Assembly (NCBI GenBank): GCA_023213395.1
Contig: CM041465.1
Span: forward strand, 187,247,741 to 187,311,740
Length of the DNA: 64,000 bases
Direction: 5' to 3'
Origin: Cycas panzhihuaensis
Taxonomy: Eukaryota > Plantae > Cycadophyta
In this document: piece by piece, positions 52,301 through 64,000 of the stretch
How positions within the stretch are numbered: the first letter of the stretch is position 1
How the letters are laid out: each line of letters begins with the position of its first letter
Translations under genes and position numbers: made by a program
Notes under the pieces: generated by a model
Told to the model about the DNA's origin: nothing
Seen by the model: the letters and a program-made list of their open reading frames with translations, nothing else
Database searches by the model: none

Positions 52301-53387
52301 TTAATAATGATCAAATTTGATTAAATTTATTTAAAACTTTATTTTATATATATATATATATATATAATTTTTATACATATACCTATAAAACATGCCTTTT
52401 GCATAAAAAATATGATTTTGATCAATTAAATCGATAAAAGATAATCAAACAAACTCCTAAAAATCAATTGAATATCCCTATATTAGTTGATTGATCAAGA
52501 ATATGTAGAAAAATTTAAAATTTAATTATTAAAATTTGAAATAAATTAACGAAAAGATAGAATGGGTGATGGGGTTTTTGGAAACCTACGAGGTAACTAA
52601 GATTGACAAGATAAAATCTTATAAATAAAGTGATGAAACTTTAGTTTGTCTTCTCCACTGCATAGAGAACTCTATTAGAAGCAAAATAAGCAGTCATATG
52701 TTATAGTTTTAATTATTCGTTAAAGAGTATGACTCAATTAAAACATGGGCACTTCATTAATCTTGAAAACTTAAACAAAATTAGTTAGATTAACAAAAAA
52801 ATACTTTGAGATCTAAATCAAGGCTCCTCCAGATCATTGTTAGGCTTCACACAATGAAAAAATTTTGCAAAAAATGTTAGTTAATAGATCAAAATGTCCA
52901 CACACTTTGTACACAATATATGTAAGTCACACACATAGATAAAATAAAACATACTGTATATTATTAAAAAATCAAATGTTAAATTATAATAAATAACTTA
53001 GCATATAAAAATATATTGATAGATGGATAATGATGGCATAAATGGAGACTAAATTACACTCTGTAGTTCCTCTATGGTCCTTACAAGTTACTTTAATACC
53101 AACTGTTAGAGTGAGGGTTGAGCGAAACATAGATTACGAGGAAAACATTGCAAAATAATAATCAAATAACATTAATATAACTTCCAAAATAAGGTAATAT
53201 TGATAAACACCTTTGGTCCATGAGGCTCATTTAAATAGTCAAGACATTAGGCATACCTAATGTCTACCAACATTTGGTATTAAAGAACACCACTAAGAAA
53301 GTAAGTGAGTGGGTTGGCTAGGGTGGCTAGAGTTGACTCCACACCACCTAATGCCACCACATCCTCCTAATGAATATTATTCCATCA
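46326..53387 (-). mobile_element. Copia element with paired ~284-bp LTRs (46326-46609, 53104-53387), same lineage as 21943-28152
   Basis: The LTRs align. PBS TGGTATTAAAG at ~53091-53101, PPT at 46610-46619, decayed TSD AGATT/AGGTC. Gag, PR, INT, RT and RH motifs present with internal deletions. Confidence 0.93.
47682..48208 (-). mobile_element. Solo LTR (Copia-type) inserted in RT
   Basis: Termini TGTTGAG...CTAATA, TSD GGAAG/GAAAG. Removing it restores RT DVKSTF-LN. Confidence 0.85.
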
Positions 53388-56300
53388 AGGTCAACCCATG
53401 ATGTGAGGCACAACCTATGCCATAAGATCTAAGGCCCTAGCCATAGGCTTAAAGGCCTCTTATCAGGACCCCTAATAAAACCATGGATTCACTTACATTT
53501 GTAATTTGTTCATTTACGTGAGTTGTAATGGATCTCAAAATCTAGCCAACACAAGGCCACTAAGAACTACCTCCTCCCTCATATGAATACATATTAGTTT
53601 ATTAAATAATATAGACCCCCCCTTAAGGTAAGGGAAATAGATCTGTCCCTCCTCCTAAAATAAAATATCAAAAACCCTATAAAAGAAGGTAGTTCTTAAT
53701 TTATCACTATTACACCCATGATGATGCTCGTTATTAGACCCAACATCTCAAATTGACATCGCTATGGGATCCTTTAATAGAGGAGATATCCAAGCCTAAT
53801 TTAGAATGACTAATCCACAAAGAACTATAAGGTTTAAAAGCCTTAAGGCTAGCAGTAACAACAAGCCCAATGAGGAAGGAGAAGACCCCAACCTTAGAAA
53901 TAACCATAATATAATTTATTTTAAATCCAATCTAAGAAGAATCCTTCGAAAACCCCTAATATCTCTAAATATGTAGACTAAGAGTCTAAGGAAGTAGCCT
54001 AAAATATAATACCAAGACAAGAGAGTCATTAAAATACTTGAGATCATTCAAGTATTTGTTGCAACTTGAGTTCAAGTAGCCACAGAGACTAAAGGAGTTT
54101 CTTCTTCATAATAATAACCTATTGAACCACAACCTACTAAGATCTCCCTCTTTCCAAAGACTATTCCTATATACTTAGGGTGTTATGACTTGAAGAGGAC
54201 CCTTCCCTAACTTATAGAAAAAGGGAGGGCATTCTCAATCATGGAGGAGCTCCAAACTATCTTTATAGGAATGTCTATGATGGATGTCCTATAGAAGCCC
54301 TGGGGCACAAATAAATACCCATACATACTATCCATGTTACACCTATAGGTATACCCCTAATTACATTTGATTTATAGGACTTATCATTCCAAAAGAAAAG
54401 GGATCACCATAGGCAATCTCCCTTTTCCATCACTATTGAAATGTTTGATTTTGCTCCAAAGAGGATTGACATTGACAATGATTCCCTAGTAAATGCCATG
54501 CCTTCTTATATATTTAAGGAATTAGACATTGGGTCTTTAGAGCCTATCCTTTAGAAGTGGAAAGGGTATGATGGGAATGAAAAGGCCCCCTTGGGGATAG
54601 TTAAAATCCTACTTATCCTTGAAGATAAAATAATTCTAACTAAGATCATAATTATGGACATGTATATGGACTATAACCTTATTCTTGGACACCCTTGATT
54701 AGACAACATAAGGGAAGGTTGCTCCACTTTATCAGACCAATTAAAATTTCTTTATAATAGATGAGTGCACACTATTAAATGCAAAATTCTCCCTCCCCAT
54801 TCATCTTAAAATGTTGTTAGAGTTATTTTTTAATGATGTGAATAAAGAAGTAGTCAAGCAAGACTTATGGCTTAAGTCCCTCTTATATGACCCAAGCCCT
54901 GAAGATGAATTAGATTCCCCTAAAAGACCCAATGTGGTTTATTTTGCCCTAATTGTTGTAGGTAACTATGGATACCTAGTAGTTATTAGTGGCCATGAGT
55001 CTAATCTAGATGATGGAGGGCCTCCTTCATATCAATTGGCCATGTTCTCTCATTTGCAAAGGGATGTGTCCCTTAAGGATACTCCCCCTCCTTTTGGACT
55101 TTCTTTAAATGCCCTTCCTCTATAAGGGTCTCAATAGGATCTTATGGAAAACCTAGAGACTATTTTGCCATCTCCTTTGACTCATAGAGTCTTTCTCTTC
55201 TAGTAATCTTGGCTTACATAACACATGTGCTAACTTGTCTATAATTATAATCCTAATTTTGGAGAGGATATTATTGAGCTTTTATAGTTATCTCTACCTT
55301 CTCCCCAAGCCTATATGACTACTATGATCCTCATATAGGTATATAGTAACATCCTTCCAAGGAGTTATAAAGACCTCAACCCTTCTCGATGAACCATTAA
55401 TATGATTTTCTAGGTTTGAGATTATCCTAATCCATGTGGTCATATAAATTGATTCATCCCAGAGCCCTCTAATCTATGACTTAAATACAGAGTGTAACTC
55501 CACTTTCTCACATGATAAATCTATCATTTATGATTTTCCTCCACCATCCCTTTCTAATGAACTAATAAAGCCTCCTTTTTTGACTAAGATCCTAAAACCA
55601 ACTAAACCTCTATTATCTTTAACCACTTTGGGAAAATAACTTGCTTATATAATGCATGCTATGATTCTGACTCCTTAGGGTATTCCATTTATTTCTTTGA
55701 TTAATGGGTTGAAAATTCATCAATCATTCTATCCAACACCAAGAACTCATAATTTAGGAAAAGGTCATCGATGGTATTGATTACTTCAAGAATGTTAAGG
55801 CATTGTTGAAGCACCTTGTAGGGTGTCGCCTAATTTTCCTCTAAATCACCACACATTAGGATTTTAGAAATGCTTTACCATTGGTTCATCCATAGCTGAG
55901 GCTGTTACAACTAAAGACATTTTTAATCCACCCATTGACCAAGAACTTCCTCACTTCAAGGAGGGGAATGTCCTCCTGATAGGAGAAATAATTGGCATTG
56001 TCCTAACCCATGAAAACATTATCAAAGTGGGGGCAGAATGTTCTCCTAAGGCAATTACAAAATGTACAAAGCACTTCTAAGAGTTCTGAGTTATTTTTAT
56101 ATGGGACTACATTGACATGAAGGGAATAAGCCCTAAGATCATAACCCAAAACCTTATAAATTTACTTGAGGTGAAACCCATAAGGTAGAAATAATTCCTA
56201 CTCTATTAAAAATTTTCAACTACTATTAAGATGGAGGTTGAAAAGGTCTATAATACAGGCTTGATTACCTCTATTGATTATCCATATTGGATTTCTAATA

Positions 56301-57240
56301 TTGTCCCAATTGCTGAGAAAAATGGGATAATTCACATGTATATAGACTTTAGAGACATAAATAATACTTGCCTTAAGGACAACTTCCCCCTCCCTTTCAT
56401 CCATCAAATCATAAATAAGACTATAGGGTTTGAAGTGATGTTCCTTATGGATGTCTTCTTACATTACAACCAAATCTAAATCTTGTCTAGGAAGCATCAT
56501 AAGATTGCATTCACTATACCTTAGGGCATATTTGCTTACAATGTTATGCCCTTTGTCTCTAAAAATATTGGTATAATACACTAGGAGACCATGTATTTCA
56601 TCTTCCATGACTATATTAATAAGATCCTTGAAGTGTTCATAGGAAATTTACATGGCCTATATAGAAAAATAGGAAAATATCTTACTGGCCTTAGAAGGAT
56701 TTTTCTAAGATGTAAAATATTTTATATGAGTTTGAACCCAGTCAAATATGTGTTTACTATCATAGTAGAAAAACTCCTTAGGTTTATTATTTCCCAATAA
56801 GGAATTAAAGTAATTAAAGTAGAGCCAAAAAAGATGAGGGTGATCCTTAAGATGTCGCCTCTTTGCACTCAAAAGTAAATCAAGTCATTCCATAGATGAC
56901 TTGGTTTTCTTAGTCATTTCTTATCAAACTTTACCATAAATTCTAAGCTCCTAATAAATATCCTCAAGAAGGGGATTCTTTTTATTTGGGGTTCAACTAT
57001 CCAAGATGCTTTTGATGAACTAAAATAAGGTCTAGTTTCTACCCTGACTTTGGCTCCTCTAAGGTTCAACAAGCCATTCATTTTATATACATCATTCATG
57101 AGTGAGTTAATTAGGGTCATTCTTTCCTGAAAAGATAATATCAAAGTTGAATGTACCATTTATTTCATTAGTCATCGTAGAATTGAACTATACTTCTATA
57201 GAAAAAGAGTGCATCACACTCATGTGTTTCACAAAAACTT

Positions 57241-64000
<6,760 letters not shown>

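Larger units (their letters stand above)
41323..57240 (+). mobile_element. Tat/Ogre-like Gypsy element (long LTR/leader, gag, PR, RT, start of RH), interrupted by Copia 46326-53387
   Basis: Non-coding ~41323-44900. Gag KLFHRSL(Q)GNALKWFYYL at ~46050. PR IDNDSLVN at ~54470. RT WISNIVPI..IDFRDINNTCLKDNFPLP at 56231-56800. RH YTSIEKEC at ~57190. LTR ends are approximate. Confidence 0.85.

Overview
Gene-free, AT-rich, CG/CHG-depleted plant (probably gymnosperm) heterochromatin made almost entirely of nested, decayed retrotransposons. From left to right: an LTR remnant; an internally deleted chromovirus-like Gypsy (gag-PR only) carrying a Copia insertion; a truncated + strand L1; a Tat LTR split by a full-length - strand L1 (TSD, poly-A, C-terminal RNase H); two Copia elements; a younger orphan LTR; and a - strand Tat element with PR-aRH-RT-RH-INT order, an extra 3' ORF and a degenerate ORF inside its long terminal repeat. 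A nested stack follows (Copia, Tat/Ogre-like Gypsy, Copia with a solo LTR, second Tat/Ogre-like Gypsy). No intact host gene, tRNA, rRNA or CRISPR array was recognised. The best leads are (1) the coiled-coil ORF preserved in both copies of the Tat terminal repeat and (2) a conserved, apparently structured ~400-nt leader block shared by two diverged Copia elements. All alignments and translations were done by eye. Domain boundaries are approximate.
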